Positions 38,296-50,874 of a stretch of 64,000 nucleotides of DNA are shown one piece after another. The position numbers were made by a program, and so were the translations under genes. The stretch's first letter is position 1. Each line of letters begins with the position of its first letter. Below the pieces are notes generated by a model. The model was not told where the DNA came from. It did no database searches and saw only the letters and a list, made by a program, of their open reading frames with translations. Source of the stretch: Felis catus (lineage: Eukaryota); contig NC_058368.1 of assembly GCF_018350175.1 (NCBI RefSeq), forward strand, positions 138,572,001 through 138,636,000, in the 5' to 3' direction.

Positions 38296-38520
38296 GGGAC
38301 CCTTGCCTCTAAATCCCTGGTGATCCAGGTAAGAGTCTGAGGGCTAAAGAGAAAGCCCCGACTAGCTCATGCGGAGAGACCACATGGAGAGACCTGAAGT
38401 AAACGCTATGAAGAGAGAGATGCCCAGGCTGCTTCAGCTCTGCCCTCCCCGCCCCCCAGCTGTCCCCACCCAGCTCCTTTCACATCTCAGACTCTCAAAA
38501 GTGACCCGAAATGCCTCACC
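38296..38520 (+). mobile_element. MLT1 LTR internal fragment
   Basis: catgcggagagaccacatggagagacctga...gagagagatgcccagg resembles the MLT1G/H middle region. Confidence 0.55.
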
Positions 38521-38529
38521 CAGACCTTC

Positions 38530-38998
38530 TTTCCCCGCCCCCTTCAGAGCACATCAACATTGCTTCCAACTGCCAGCACCGGCATTTCGTAGCTGAAGGG
38601 TTTTCTCTGACCTCCAAAGCCCACTCTACATGCCGTTCAACAGGCTCCAAGTGCCAAGGAATTCATCACCCTCACTAAGAGTATCCCTCAGCCAATGGCT
38701 AAAGCACGTGGTATACAAATCCTCTCACTCCCTGGCCCTCTGGTGGGATAACTCTGCTGTGAATGGTCTAAACTGGCCCTTAGATGCCCCAGAGGGACCT
38801 GGTTCCTGTTCCCCACAGTGATACCTGACTTCATAAAGACTCCTTTCTTTTCCACCTTCCTTTTTCTGTCTCACTTCCCTATTCCCCTGCCATTTTGTGG
38901 TTTGTTTTGTTTTGTTTTATCTAGGACAATCTCCTGACTAGACTATATGCGCTCAGAATCCTGGTCTCAGGATCTGCTTCTAAAGGAGCCTCAACTAT
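38530..38998 (+). mobile_element. ERVL solo LTR (LTR16-like)
   Basis: cctcagccaatggct...ctctggtgggataactctg; 3' end gcgctcagaatcctggtctcaggatctgcttctaaaggagcctcaacta resembles the LTR16 terminus. Confidence 0.7.
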
Positions 38999-39069
38999 TG
39001 TTTTTTTTTTTTTTAAGTGGACAGGAAATTGTTGTGTAGTATGATAGAGAAAATAGCTGATGTTGAGGT

Positions 39070-39400
39070 AACGTGCAAGAAGGGAACCTGAGGTAGCCTT
39101 GGAAGTCAAAGATGGCTTCCTGGAAGAGATGAGGCAGGGGATGAATGAGGTCTGAAGGGCTGGTGGAAATAGGAGTAAGTAGGGCAGACTTGGCATGGAG
39201 GGAATTCTAGTCAGCAGGCTCAGCATGGTGAAGGCTTGGAGTCAAGGGTGAAGGGGTCCATGTGGCTGAGACATGGACCAGGGATGGTACAGAGATGAGT
39301 GATGAAACTGGAGAGGTAAGACATGGTCATAAAGGATCTTGCTTGCCAGCCTGAGAAATACAGAGAATGGTGCCTGTTTGTTGCAGGAATTTTTATCGTT
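39070..39400 (-). mobile_element. L2 fragment
   Basis: ggaagtcaaagatggcttcctggaagagatgagg...gatgaaactggagaggtaagacatggtcataaaggatcttgcttgccagcctgag. Confidence 0.6.
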
Positions 39401-39473
39401 GACATTTCCAGGTCTTGCTAGGATTTAGATATAAAATGTGAGACTTGGATAGTCGAAACATTTTCTTAGATAT

Positions 39474-39747
39474 TTCTTCTTCTTCTTCTTCTTCTTCTTC
39501 TTCTTCTTCTTCTTCTTCTTCTTCTTCTTCTTCTTCTTCTTCTTCACACTTATTCATTTTTAAGAGACAGGGAGAGACAGAGCACAAATGGGAGAGGCAG
39601 AGAGAGAGGGAGACACAGAATCCGAAGCAGGCTCCTGGCTCTGAGCCATCAGTGCAGAGCCTGATGCAGGGCTCGAACCCACGAACCGTGAGATCGTGAC
39701 CTGAACCGAAGTCGGATGCTTCAGTGACTGAGCCACCCAGATGCCCC
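39474..39747 (-). mobile_element. Can-SINE whose tail is a (GAA)24 repeat
   Basis: Antisense body 39546-39747 preceded by uninterrupted (TTC)24 at 39474-39545. Confidence 0.96.
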
Positions 39748-40428
39748 ACGTATTTTTCTTAAAAACCACTTCCATCCATCTTGTCTGCCCTCCCTCATGG
39801 CACTTTCCCCCTTTCTACTAGAAGCCCCCAGGAGCCTCTGGTTTAAAGCTTAGCTTCTCTGCGTGGAAATAGGTTCATTTTCCTTTGTACCCCTCATAGT
39901 GCTTAGCACAACCCACCGGTCAGGGTAAATACTTACTGCATCTTGGGGTCTTAACCTCCCCATCCCATACCTCAGTCTTTCTCCCTTTCCCCTCCTCCCC
40001 ACTACTTGGAACCTCTTTGCAGCTAACCCACATGCCTGGATCACAATGACATGTCCCAAAGGGAAACCCCCTCTGACAACCAGCTGGTCCAGCCTCATTC
40101 CACTAACACTGCTGAGTGGGAACATCCCCATTGCACAGCTGTAACACACCCCAGGGTGTGCTGAGCACTCCTCATATCACCAAACTCTTCCAAGTCCTCG
40201 TCTTTCCCATCACCTTCCATCTTGTTTTCCTCTCCCGGGAGCATCTGATTCTTTGCCTTCCTGTCCCATTGGTTGTCAAGTGCATCCGTCCTGGCCTTCA
40301 GAATGAAAATGAGTAGTGATCCAATTTGTGAGACACTGAGAAACATGAACTCCTCCCGTCCTTAAAGATTAGTTTAAGATACAGAGGAATTACAGAGTTT
40401 AGAGCGTGAAAACCAGAAATCCCTTGGA

Positions 40429-40631
40429 CCGGGGTTGAACAGGCTTTCTCTGTAAAGGATCAGATAGTAAATATTTGGGGCTTTGCGGTCATAAGGTCTC
40501 TGCCTTTGCAGTCAGAAAGCAGTCACAAACGTTACCTAAACAAATGGCTATGACCGTGTGCCAGTGCAACTTGACTTAGAATAACAGGCAGTGGGTTCAT
40601 TTGCCCCACAGACCATGGTTGGCTGACCCCC
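40429..40631 (+). mobile_element. MER58A-like hAT-Charlie MITE
   Basis: ggggttgaacaggctttctctgtaaaggatcagatagtaaatatttggggctttgcggtcataaggtctctg...ggttggctgacccc, with terminal inverted repeats. Confidence 0.85.
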
Positions 40632-40982
40632 ACCCCCAGTCCAGACCAACTCTCTCACACAAATGATGATACTGGATCCCAGAGATTATATGTTCTGGTT
40701 CACCCCAAGAATTAATGGTCATCCTGGGCTGAGGACCTGGAACTTCTAATCCTCTAGTCCTTATAACTTGGGTCTGGATTTTTCTACCCTGACTTGTATA
40801 TCTCACCAACACTCACGCCCAGCCTGGTTTGTCACAGCCTGATAGTTTGATAGATGCCAACCCTCAGGAACCAAAGACAGGTATCAAAACTTTGAAAGTT
40901 GTAGACATTTCCCGGGTTTCCTGTCATTTCAAATACAATCTAGGTCTGCTTTTAGTGTGATCAAACTCCAGTTCCAGTGGAT

Positions 40983-40987
<5 letters not shown>

Positions 40988-41023
<36 letters not shown>
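40988..41023. repeat. (GT)n microsatellite
   Basis: Uninterrupted GT run. Confidence 0.97.
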
Positions 41024-41025
<2 letters not shown>

Positions 41026-41435
41026 CTCAATGTACAGAAACGCACCCACTTACAGATAGACAAGAATATGGACAAATGCTCAGATGGGTCTTGGCCAAAT
41101 AAAAGAAACATTTTTTTTTTGATTGCTCATACTGAGCCTATTGAACTAAAGTATCTAAATTTCGGGGAAGAAGACTTTTAAATAATGCAAATGTGAAGAG
41201 GCTGAAGATGAAAAGCCAAGTAAAAAAAAAAAAACAGTGAAACCTAGGTGAATCGCTGGTAGGACATTCCACATTGCTAACAGTGCTATTAATGATTTTA
41301 AAATTCCAGAAGGACAACAGAACTAGTTCCCATAAGAGGACTATTTTGTCTCGTGTCTCAGCCAGAATTGGCCTTCTGACTTGAATGGTCTTAAAACGGT
41401 TCTCAGTTATGGGAGGATTGATCTAGCCTTTTAAA

Positions 41436-41664
41436 TTTTTTTTTTTTTAATTTTTTTTTCAACATTTTTATTTATTTTTGGGACAGAGAGAGACAGAGCA
41501 TGAACGGGGGAGGGGCAGAGAAAGAGGGAGACACAGAATCGGAAATAGGCTCCAGGCTCTGAGCCATCAGCCCAGAGCCTGACGCGGGGCTCGAACTCAC
41601 GGACTGCGAGATCGTGACCTGGCTGAAGTCGGACGCTTAACCGACTGCGCCACCCAGGCGCCCC
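41436..41664 (-). mobile_element. Can-SINE, young felid type, nested in the tail of an older SINE
   Basis: Near-consensus body; inner TSD taaattttttt. Confidence 0.96.
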
Positions 41665-41785
41665 TAAATTTTTTTAATGTTTATTCATTTTTGAGAGACA
41701 GAGGCAGAGGATGAGTGGGGTAGGGGCAGAGACAGAGGGAGACCCAGAATTTGAAACAGGCTTGACTGAGCCAACGAGGCGCCCC
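41665..41785 (-). mobile_element. Internally deleted Can-SINE (host of nest)
   Basis: Jumps from gaaacaggct directly to tgactgagcc, losing the central part including the B box; outer TSD gatctagcctttt. Confidence 0.9.
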
Positions 41786-42894
41786 TCGATCTAGCCTTTT
41801 GAACAGACACCCTGAAGCTATTTCTTCAGGATGCAAAAGAAGGAAAGCAGAACATTCTTAAAGGCCTAAGCAAGGACACTGCTGGCCCTTCTCTGACCTG
41901 TACAGCATGCCAGCCAATGGCCTGGTTTGATAAGAGAGCGAGCAATGAATAATAAATCAAGTTCTCCTGTCTTTTAGTCTCTTTTGTTGTAACTGTTAGA
42001 CTATTCCCAACTCTCAACAGTGGCCATAGATGTACAGCTAAAGGACGAGCCTTGCCTGTGCACACTGGTGAATTCTTTCATTTCCCATTGGCCATTTCAG
42101 CCTTTCTCCCAAGACAGGCCTCAATTTCAGTAGGGTCATCCTCAAACTGGGGCTCACCAGCATTCAAAAGTACTAATTAACAAGTAAAATGACACGGAAC
42201 TCTATCTAGAGGCATCATATTTATTCTACTGATGACTTAGGAATTATATGAAGTTACTGTCATGATAATTAACTTTGGCAGCTACTATAGTAAAAATAAA
42301 AGAATCTCCTCCCCTTACTCTTTGCTCCAACCTCTCTTTAAAATGTGACTCTCGGCACCAAAAATTTCTCACCAGCCAGGAAATCAAAGGACACTGGCAA
42401 CTGACCCAAGGCAACAAGACTCGTTCTTTAAAGTGAGGGATTTAAATGAAGGTACCCCGCCTCCCCCGCGTGATCGCTGATGCAGGCTACTTGCCCTGAT
42501 TTGCATCAGTGACTCTAGACCTTTAAAATTTATATCTATGTTCATATTTATTTAATAAAGAAAAAGCTAAATTTCCTGATTTGCTACAGCCTCAAGATAT
42601 ACTCCCACTCCCACCTGTCTCCCTGCATCGGTTTTTCTCAAATATTCCCAAAACTTAATAGGCAGTCAATATGTATCTGGTAAATAAGTTAATAAAAAAG
42701 TGAACAGAAGGAATATAGGAAAAAAGAATCACTCGGTTCATTATGCATGAACTAAGAAAGAAGTAATCTTTCATTTGTTCTTAAAACATCTCCATGAAAC
42801 AGGAGGAGATTTTTTTCTCCAAGCCATGGCCAAACTGTTGATTGTAACATTTTATATAAAGTAGTAGGAGAGAAAACTATTTCCTGAGACCCTG

Positions 42895-43090
42895 TTACAC
42901 CAGGCATTTTGCTTAGACTGTTTTGTTTCATTGTCATTCCTTCTCTGGGAGATCGTTATTATCTCTATTTTATAGACGAGGAAATTGAAGCCCAAAGAGG
43001 TTAAGTGTTGACCAAGGTTACAAACTAGTAAGAGATGAACCGGGATTCGAAGCCAGCTCTACCTGACCCATAATCCTTGTGCTCTGTGTG
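42895..43090 (-). mobile_element. MIR SINE
   Basis: attatctctattttatagacgaggaaattgaagcccaaagaggttaagtgttgaccaaggttacaaactagtaag...gggattcgaagccag. Confidence 0.82.
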
Positions 43091-43503
43091 GCATGTCGTG
43101 GCCTTTCTATTCTCATGAAGTAAAGAAAAAGGATGCCTCCCACACACTGAGATTACCATCACATCTGTATTAACAGGGAAAGAAAAGATCACATTCATTA
43201 TTTTGAAAATAAGTTGTATAACATTTCAAAGTCACAGACACCAAAAAGCCAGAAGATTAAAGTTCCTCTAGAAATCCCAGGTTGACACCAATAAAAACTC
43301 AAAATACTCTGAAGTTCCCAACTGACTTCATTTGTTCAGTGGGTCACTTTGGAGAGGTCTATTGTGACAGTAGACTCTGAAAATTTATCAATAAAGTGAA
43401 TGTGATGAAAATGTTCCTAACTCCAGTCTCATATGGAGAACGTTGTTCATGCCATTGTATATATTCATGAAATGTGAAATATTTACTAGAACACAGTGAT
43501 CAA

Positions 43504-43730
43504 GGGGCGCCTGGGGGGCGCAGTCGGTTAAGCGTCCGACTTCAGCCAGGTCACGATCTCGCGGTCCGTGAGTTCGAGCCCCGCGTCGGGCTCTGGGCTG
43601 ATGGCTCAGAGCCTGGAGCCTGTTTCCAATTCTGTGTCTCCCTCTCTCTCTGCCCTTCCCCCGTTCATGCTCTGTCTCTCTCTGTCCCAAAAATAAATAA
43701 AAAACGTTGAAAAAAAATTAAAAAAAAAAA
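43504..43730 (+). mobile_element. Can-SINE, young felid type
   Basis: Near-consensus body; TSD agaacacagtgatcaa. Confidence 0.98.
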
Positions 43731-44064
43731 GAACACAGTGATCAATAACACAGCTTTCATGAGAGGGCAATCATAAATAATACTTTTACAAGTAGGGAGA
43801 AATTTATTTTCCTTTGTTATTTAAATCCATAAAGAATGACTTGAACACTTCCGAAAGCTCGTCTGAAAGATCCGTGTCTGTTAGGTTGTGTGGGGAAATA
43901 AATGACCTTAATAAATAAACGCATAATAAAAAGGTTTTATGCAACTTACTGAAATTCACACGTTGGGTTTTACATACAATTAGCCACAGAGTCCTTTTTT
44001 TTTTTTCTTTTTTGCTTTGTGGAACCTTGATCATGCCTGTGGTTTAATGAACTAAACATTATAT

Positions 44065-44786
44065 ATTGTTTTGAATTAGCTGGTAGCATACATAGCTCAA
44101 AACAAGCCTTGAACTGAAGTCTCCGTTTGACTTTGTGCAAAAGTGAGACTATGTGAGTTTATAAATGCTGATAGTGCAAAATAACCACTGGAGTATTTAA
44201 GCCAAGACACTACCCCAAATAAGAGCTAATTCATCTAACTGGTTGTGTATGTAGGACTCCCATACTGCCTCGATCGGACTAGCGTGTGGGCATTGTATAG
44301 ACACAACCTGAGTCCACTGTCTTGTCAGGATGAAAGAACAAAGTTATTCAAATCACCTAAGTTTTTCTGTGTGTAATTAAGGCAACGCCATATTCACAGC
44401 TCTGTAGTGAGTATTAAATAACGTAATGGATATAAAATGCAAGGGAGTTCTGAGAGGTCACTACTGAAATGGTTGTGGTTATACTATTGTTGTTATACTA
44501 TTATTACTACTATTTTTTTTAATTTTAGAGAGAGTATGTGTACACATGCATGAGAGCAGGAAAGGCGCAAAGAGAGAGGGGGAGAGAGAGAATCTTAAGC
44601 AGGCTCCATGCTCAATGCAGAGCCCAACGCGGAGCTAGATCCTTTGACCCTGGGATCGTGACCTGAGCCTAAATCAAGAGTGGGAAGCTCAACCAACTGA
44701 GCCACCCAGGAGCCCCACTATTTCTACGTCTGTTATTAATACCTCACCACCTTCATTGTTTTGAATTAGCTGGTAGCATGCATCGC
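44065..44786. repeat. Dispersed direct repeat, 25 bp perfect, 690 bp apart
   Basis: attgttttgaattagctggtagcat at 44065 and 44755. Confidence 0.9.
44513..44716 (-). mobile_element. Can-SINE, older type
   Basis: agagaatcttaagcaggctccatgctc...aaatcaagagtgggaagctcaaccaactgagccacccagg; short TSD actattt. Confidence 0.92.
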
Positions 44787-45328
44787 GATTTGAACTGATC
44801 AGTTCACTAACTGATCAACCAATGGGTGCGTGCTCTGATTCAGGTTCTTTGGGAGGACTTCACGGAGCAAGGCAGACGTGCTGCTCTAAAGGGCCCATAG
44901 TCCAGAAAACCACTCACTCAGGAAAACACAAACGCTGCAACTCTTCCTTTCTTGCACTTGGGGTGGTCAAAACTTTGCATGTCCGTTCTCCACTTACCAG
45001 TCCCTGAATAGTTGTTAAACCTCAAGAAATATGCTTCGGGAAGTGGGTGTTCTCAGAAACACAAACTGTTTCTTAAACCTAAATTGAATAAGAAGCTTAA
45101 TTCACAACTTTTCCAAATGGGGGATCTGTAAATCATGCACAGAAATAAACTGCTTCCTTTGAAATTAAAGCTCCTTGATGTGGTGACCACCTGACAGTAG
45201 ACAGTAGATGAGATTATTCCAACGACTTTGTCTTTCTCTGTTTATTCCAGTGGTTTATCACTCAATACAAAAACTTAGCTGAAAAGTAGAATCTTGGGCC
45301 AGTCAAAGTCATTAAAAGGCTAGCTTCG

Positions 45329-45549
45329 GGGGCGCCTGGGTGGCGCAGTCAGTTAAGCGTCCGACTTCAGCCAAGTCACGATCTCGCGGTCTGTGAGTTC
45401 GAGCCCCGAGTCAGGCTCTGGGCTGATGGCTCAGAGCCTGGAGCCTGTTTCCGATTCTGTGTCTCCCTCTCTCTCTGCCCCTCCCCCGTTCATGCTCTGT
45501 CTCTCTCTGTCCCAAAAATAAACGTTGAAAAAAAAATTTAAAAAAAAAA
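45329..45549 (+). mobile_element. Can-SINE, young felid type
   Basis: Full body; TSD aaaaggctagcttcg. Confidence 0.97.
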
Positions 45550-45689
45550 GGCTAGCTTCGTATTCAAGCTGGTCCAGTGTGCATACTGACCTTGGATGCT
45601 ACCGTCCAAATTTCCTCTCATCCACATCTCTTTAAAGACATTAGCCAACCTATACATACCTCAGGAAATTCTCCTCCCTTCTGTCACCT

Positions 45690-46062
45690 TGCCAGCTCCC
45701 ATCCCCGGCACAGTATTAGACTGGGAGAGCCACTTGATCCAAGCAAATTCAATCTGATTTACTCTTCCAGGGACTTGGAGGAGCTCTAGGGAGGAGAAAT
45801 GGATACTGACTCGGGGAATGGAACAGTGGTTTTCAGGTAGATGAGGAGATCAGGAACAGGGTTGCAGATAAAGAAAGATGAAATGAGCATGTGGAGACAG
45901 GGGCAAGAGATACAATTTTCCAATTCCTGGGAAGCCCTGCTGTCTTTTCTGTAAGTGCAGTTCTGTGGTATTCCTTTGCATGCTATAATAAACCCCCTAT
46001 TCCTTTGAGCTTCCGTGAAAGGATTTCAATTCCTAGAAACCAAAAACTCCCTGGCTAAAACC
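45690..46062 (+). mobile_element. Old ERVL/MaLR LTR fragment (LTR33-like)
   Basis: aataaaccccctattcctttgagct...ggatttcaattcctagaaaccaaaaactccctggctaaaac resembles old ERVL LTR 3' ends. Confidence 0.5.
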
Positions 46063-46460
46063 TTCTCTCCAGCCACTCCATCAGTTTCCTTTGAACTAAC
46101 CATCTCCTCGCCCTAGTCTTCCGGAGGTATCAGTCACTTTCAACCTTCAGGACTGCCTAACTGGGAAAGGTTGTGTTGGCTGTTGACAAGAAATAGGAAA
46201 GAGGTAAACACAGAAACTTCGGAGAAGTAAACAGTGAGTAACACTAAAGAGATCAAAGTTCTGTCCTGCCCTAAACAAGAAGGTGGGGCACTGCCACTGG
46301 CTTTGAAACACAGGCTGGCTTTTCTTATCTGCTTAGCTAGGTCTTTGATGGTTTCAATAATATTTTGGAGCAATAACTCAAGGCATCCCTGTGACCCAGC
46401 CCCATTCCTTCACTTCAAGAGGAAGACTGACATAAGTTGACCTCAGAGCACATGCGCACT

Positions 46461-46484
46461 CACACACACACACACACACACACA
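46461..46484. repeat. (CA)n microsatellite
   Basis: Direct inspection. Confidence 0.95.
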
Positions 46485-48984
46485 ATCTTATCTGCTTTCA
46501 TAGATAACAAACAAATCTCTATGGTTTTTAAATTAACCATTGTAGGTAATTAATAAAAAAGGCTTTTCTGAAAAGGAAACAAGAATCATTTGTGAATACA
46601 CACTGTCCCCAAAGGGATTTAAGCGACCAACAGAGAAGGAAGAGAGTGACTTCAAAGTGGAAAGGGGAAAAAGTTGTTCTTATTTGTGTGGTTTTTATCC
46701 CTCTGTAGAATATGACAACTTGAAGGCAGAGTATGGCTCCGTGGCTTTCCTTTTCCTTGGACTTGGAATCCAGGAGCTTATTATGGGGAAGAGAGATTAG
46801 GCAAGTGCATAAAGAGAACTAGTAACAAACACGTTAAGGGAAGGACAGATAACAGATAACGTGGTGTGGGACTTTGGGAGAAGGGACTATATTACTTCCC
46901 TATGGGCAATACACAAGGAGGACATCGTGATAAAAGACAGAGCCAAGGGAACAATCTGGGGGCAAGCTGGTGGGATTGTGGAGTAGACATTGTTTGGATT
47001 GCAGAGCCTTGACCGGAACATGCAGAGAACACTGCCTCCAGCGACTGGCCCCAGAGGAAGCTGTACTTTGTCCTTCCATGAAGCATGTCTCTGTGACCGA
47101 TCCTCTGGGAACACTCAGTCTACGGATAGATTGAGTATCTATAGTTGCTAACACTTCTGGGAAAGAGACTAGGACGCGGGTTTCTTTCAGGACAAAGGGA
47201 GATAACCAGGGAACTGTAGCCTTTTCCTGGTGATGGTGGGGGCAGGTGTGGAGAAAGGGACAGTGAAGATTGTAAGGGGTGATCTAAGCAGTTGGCGCAC
47301 CTTGCTGCAGACCCCACAGTCTTCCCTCGAAGCACCCGTGTGCCTCTGAGGCTGGGGGAGCAAAGCTGCAGGGAGGTGCTCTCCCACAGGTCAGTGAGCT
47401 CCTTAGGAGATTTTTTTTTAGAAGTGTCCTTGTGGTGGTCTCTGTCTGGGACCCACCCGGTTTGCGAGCCCAGGACAGATTTCTACGTTGGTCTCTGGGT
47501 TCCCACACTTGAAGAATTCCACACCACGTGTAATACAAGCGTTCAGGACCCATGGCCCCATCGTGTGCCGCAGAGTTGGGGATCTGACTCTCAGCTCCAT
47601 TTCTATTCATGGTCTAGGACAAGGAGCCCAAGTCTGCCGTTCTTGGGACAGAGAGTAGAGACGTTCTTGTCCCCATTCATGAGAACTTTTCTGGTTCTCA
47701 CCTTTGTCCTGAGAAGCCAGTCCTGGCTCCCTCTGCCAGTCCCATCTCAGTTATAAAACATTTTTCTCTAAGGCATGCATCTGCTCTCTGTGTCAGCACA
47801 GGCCATGTGGCCGCCTCAGCATTCTTTCACTACTGGGGATCCCTCAGGCCTTGAAGTTTCCCTTTCTTGCTTTTGAATTCAACCAGGTAGTTCAAATACT
47901 TTATTTTGTAAAGCATTGTTATGCGTGAAGACTGGGGTCAGGGGGTTCTCGTGTAAGTTCATGCCATCTTGGCTGAAATTCCTCCTCAGCTAGTAAGCAA
48001 CGGAGCTAGGTTTAAAACCTAGGTATTGCCAATCTAAAAGCGGGCATGATTTTTCATTTTAACATATTGCTTCCAGAGCATGTCAATAAGGTTGAAAGAT
48101 TTAGTCAAAGTGGATTGTAACAAAGGAAGGATAGAGGTAAACTCAGGGAATTATTACCCCCAAAGCTATTACAGGTTAAAACCATACACCTGAGATGGTT
48201 TTAGAAAACTGCATGGAATGAAACTCCACGGTAGGTTAGGGTATCTACAGCCATAATCTTGACCGTCGGAACTTGACTTGAAGGCGGCTTGCCTCTCACG
48301 ACGTTTCCCTGTCCAAATGTGGGTCTAACACAGCCTGGTAATTCCTACACCCTTTTGGGCTGTGGCAGGAAGGAATGACTGCTTGCAGGTGCTGTTTCTC
48401 AAGTACAGATTCTTTGGTCTCATCACACACACATTCATCTGCCTGCACGCCCACGCCCCGCCCCCCCCCCCCCACACACACTCGTGTGTAAAGCCATCAA
48501 GAGGATGTTGAGAGCATGGGCTGTGCTTTGGGAAGAAGTGAAGCTTGTCATACAGTCTGGTATGCCTATGGGAACAGGCTGCTGAAAAAAGTGACAATTG
48601 CAAATTCTCCCAGGAAAATGGGTTTGGTTCCTACTTGCTACAACTCTCAGCCAAGTTCTTTACACCAAATTTTCATGAACTAGGCAGCTGAGTCCCATCA
48701 CAAACACAGCTATATTGATTACCCACAGTTTTCGTTGCCACAAATGCTACCTCTTATGATGCAAATAATTGAGTAGTGATTGAGTATGAATGATACTCTA
48801 ACAGTTTGGTTAAGTGACTTGGCTGGGAAATGGAGTGTTTGGTTAAATGAGTTTCCTGTTTCTAAATAATGTAGGAGGTTAAAACCTGCCTTTGGATTTC
48901 TCCTTAATGCATATGTAGATATGTGGATTGACCTACATTAATAAACTTTTATCAAGTACAAAATATAAAAGCATGAACGTCGGC

Positions 48985-49200
48985 ACAAGCTTGGGTTGCC
49001 ATCGAGGCTGCCTTTTGTTGGCTGTGTCATCTTGAGAGAGTTATTTAACTCCTGAGCCTCAGTTCTCTCACCTGTAGTCTCAGGGTAATTAACTTCATTT
49101 CCTAAGATTATTGTAGGGATTACATTAAATCATGGAGAAGAATGCTTGGCCTGGGTCCTGGTGCAGAATTCATGCTCACTAACCAGCACCTATTATTGTT
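48985..49200 (+). mobile_element. MIR SINE
   Basis: gctgtgtcatcttgagagagttatttaactcctgagcctcagttctctcacctgtag...attattgtagggattacattaaat. Confidence 0.8.
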
Positions 49201-50191
49201 ATTACTGTTATTATGAAATTGAAACTGTGTCGTTGCAAGGAGGCTCTCACAGCTTGACGGATCTGGGGTCGCCTCAGCAACCCATAACAAAAGTCACTTG
49301 GAAAAGGTGGGGTTGGAAGACGAAGCCAGCAATTGACCTATAGATTTGCACAAGAGAAAGTGGGCAAGTAACAACTGGATCCTCGGCACCCTGGCTGGCG
49401 ACTGAGTTTATCCTGCTTGCGTCAGTGCCCTGAAGCCCGTGTGGTTTGTTATTGACAGAGCTGAGAATTCCTTGTCCCTATAAGATGCAAATCCCTAAGA
49501 GAGTCACTTTGGGAGCCATAGTTTGGACTGGCTGCCATTACCCAGCAGTAGGAGCCAAGATTTTTTTTTCTGTGTGATTATAGCCTAGTAAGAAGAATCA
49601 CATCCTGGAGTCTAGCTATGGAAGTTTGGACTGTGGTCATTTATGGGATTCCAGCTAATGACCTCTTACACAGCAGGACACATCAGGAGACATTTTCTTT
49701 CAAGAAAAGCCACCCCCTTTTTGGCCTCACCAGTCCACCCTCCAGAGCCCCTCTGGTTTCCCACACGCAATGTTTGTTCCTTTGGGCACTGCTTCTCAGG
49801 AGGCTGGGAAAAAAAGAGGTTGGGTCTTCCAAGGTTACCAAACTTATCTTTTTTCCTTTGCTGTGCAGACAACTTGTGTGAAGGCCACCCAGGTTTCTGC
49901 AATTAAAGAGAAGCTTGCAAGAAAGGGTATGGCCAAGGCTGTTTTATATTTTGCCAAGTGGAGACTCAAGTCGCTTCTGTGAGGAAAATTCCCCGGCCAT
50001 CCCCAACTATGCAGCCACCCTGTCCATTGGGCAGGGGCATATGAACTTAGGAGCTAGGGTCTCAAATCACTTTTCTTGTCTCTGTGCAGTGTTCTGTGCT
50101 CAGTCTCTTCATGGACCACAAGTTACAAGTAATCTCATGTCAGCGGTAGTGATTCAACCAGGGAAAATCCCATAAAACTTGATGGCCTATA

Positions 50192-50371
50192 GCCGTGGTT
50201 CCCAGAGTACGACCCGGATTAGTAGCTCTGGCATTACCTGGGAAATGGTTAGAAATGCAAATTATTGGGCCCCACCCCATTCCTGCTTACTGATTCAGAA
50301 ACGCATTGGGCCCAGTGTTTTCGAAAGCCCTCTAGGTGATTCTGATGCATGCTGAAGTTTGAGAACCACTG
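50192..50371 (+). mobile_element. MER5A hAT-Charlie MITE, near full length
   Basis: cattacctgggaaatggttagaaatgcaaattattgggccccacccc...ctaggtgattctgatgcatgctgaagtttgagaaccactg. Confidence 0.9.
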
Positions 50372-50874
50372 GCTTCTAGAAACTCTGGCAGTGGGAATAA
50401 AGGAAATCATCCTAGAGTCTTATGAAAACCAATGTGTGGCTAAACAGGTATGACTGTCCCATTTCCCACCTACCACACCCCCAGAATGACACAAGAAAGG
50501 AGAGGCACGTGGAGGTAGGGAATGGTTTGGCCAGACCAAATAGAACAAAGGGACACACCTGAGCCTATGTTAGTGGTAGTTAGCATCTGTTTCCATTTAC
50601 TCATTTATTAATTAATGTTTTCAGTGCCATATAAAGGTTTCTGCTTATCCTTCAGAAATAGCCATCATTATATACAGGATTCTCAAACTGGCAAGGTGGA
50701 GAAATGATCCAAGACTGGCAAGGAATCAGGAAGAGAAACGACACCCCCACCATTCCTGAAGGTCAATTTCAGAACCCAGCAAGTCCCAATGGTGTCACTC
50801 AGAAGAGAAGATTGGCTGAAAAGGGGAGAGAAGCAGAAAATGAGAAATAAACGGAGGAGAGGGGTGGGAGAACC

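Noticed and set aside
39393..39749. Poly-Glu and poly-Ser ORFs
   Set aside because: SINE body plus its (GAA)24 tail.
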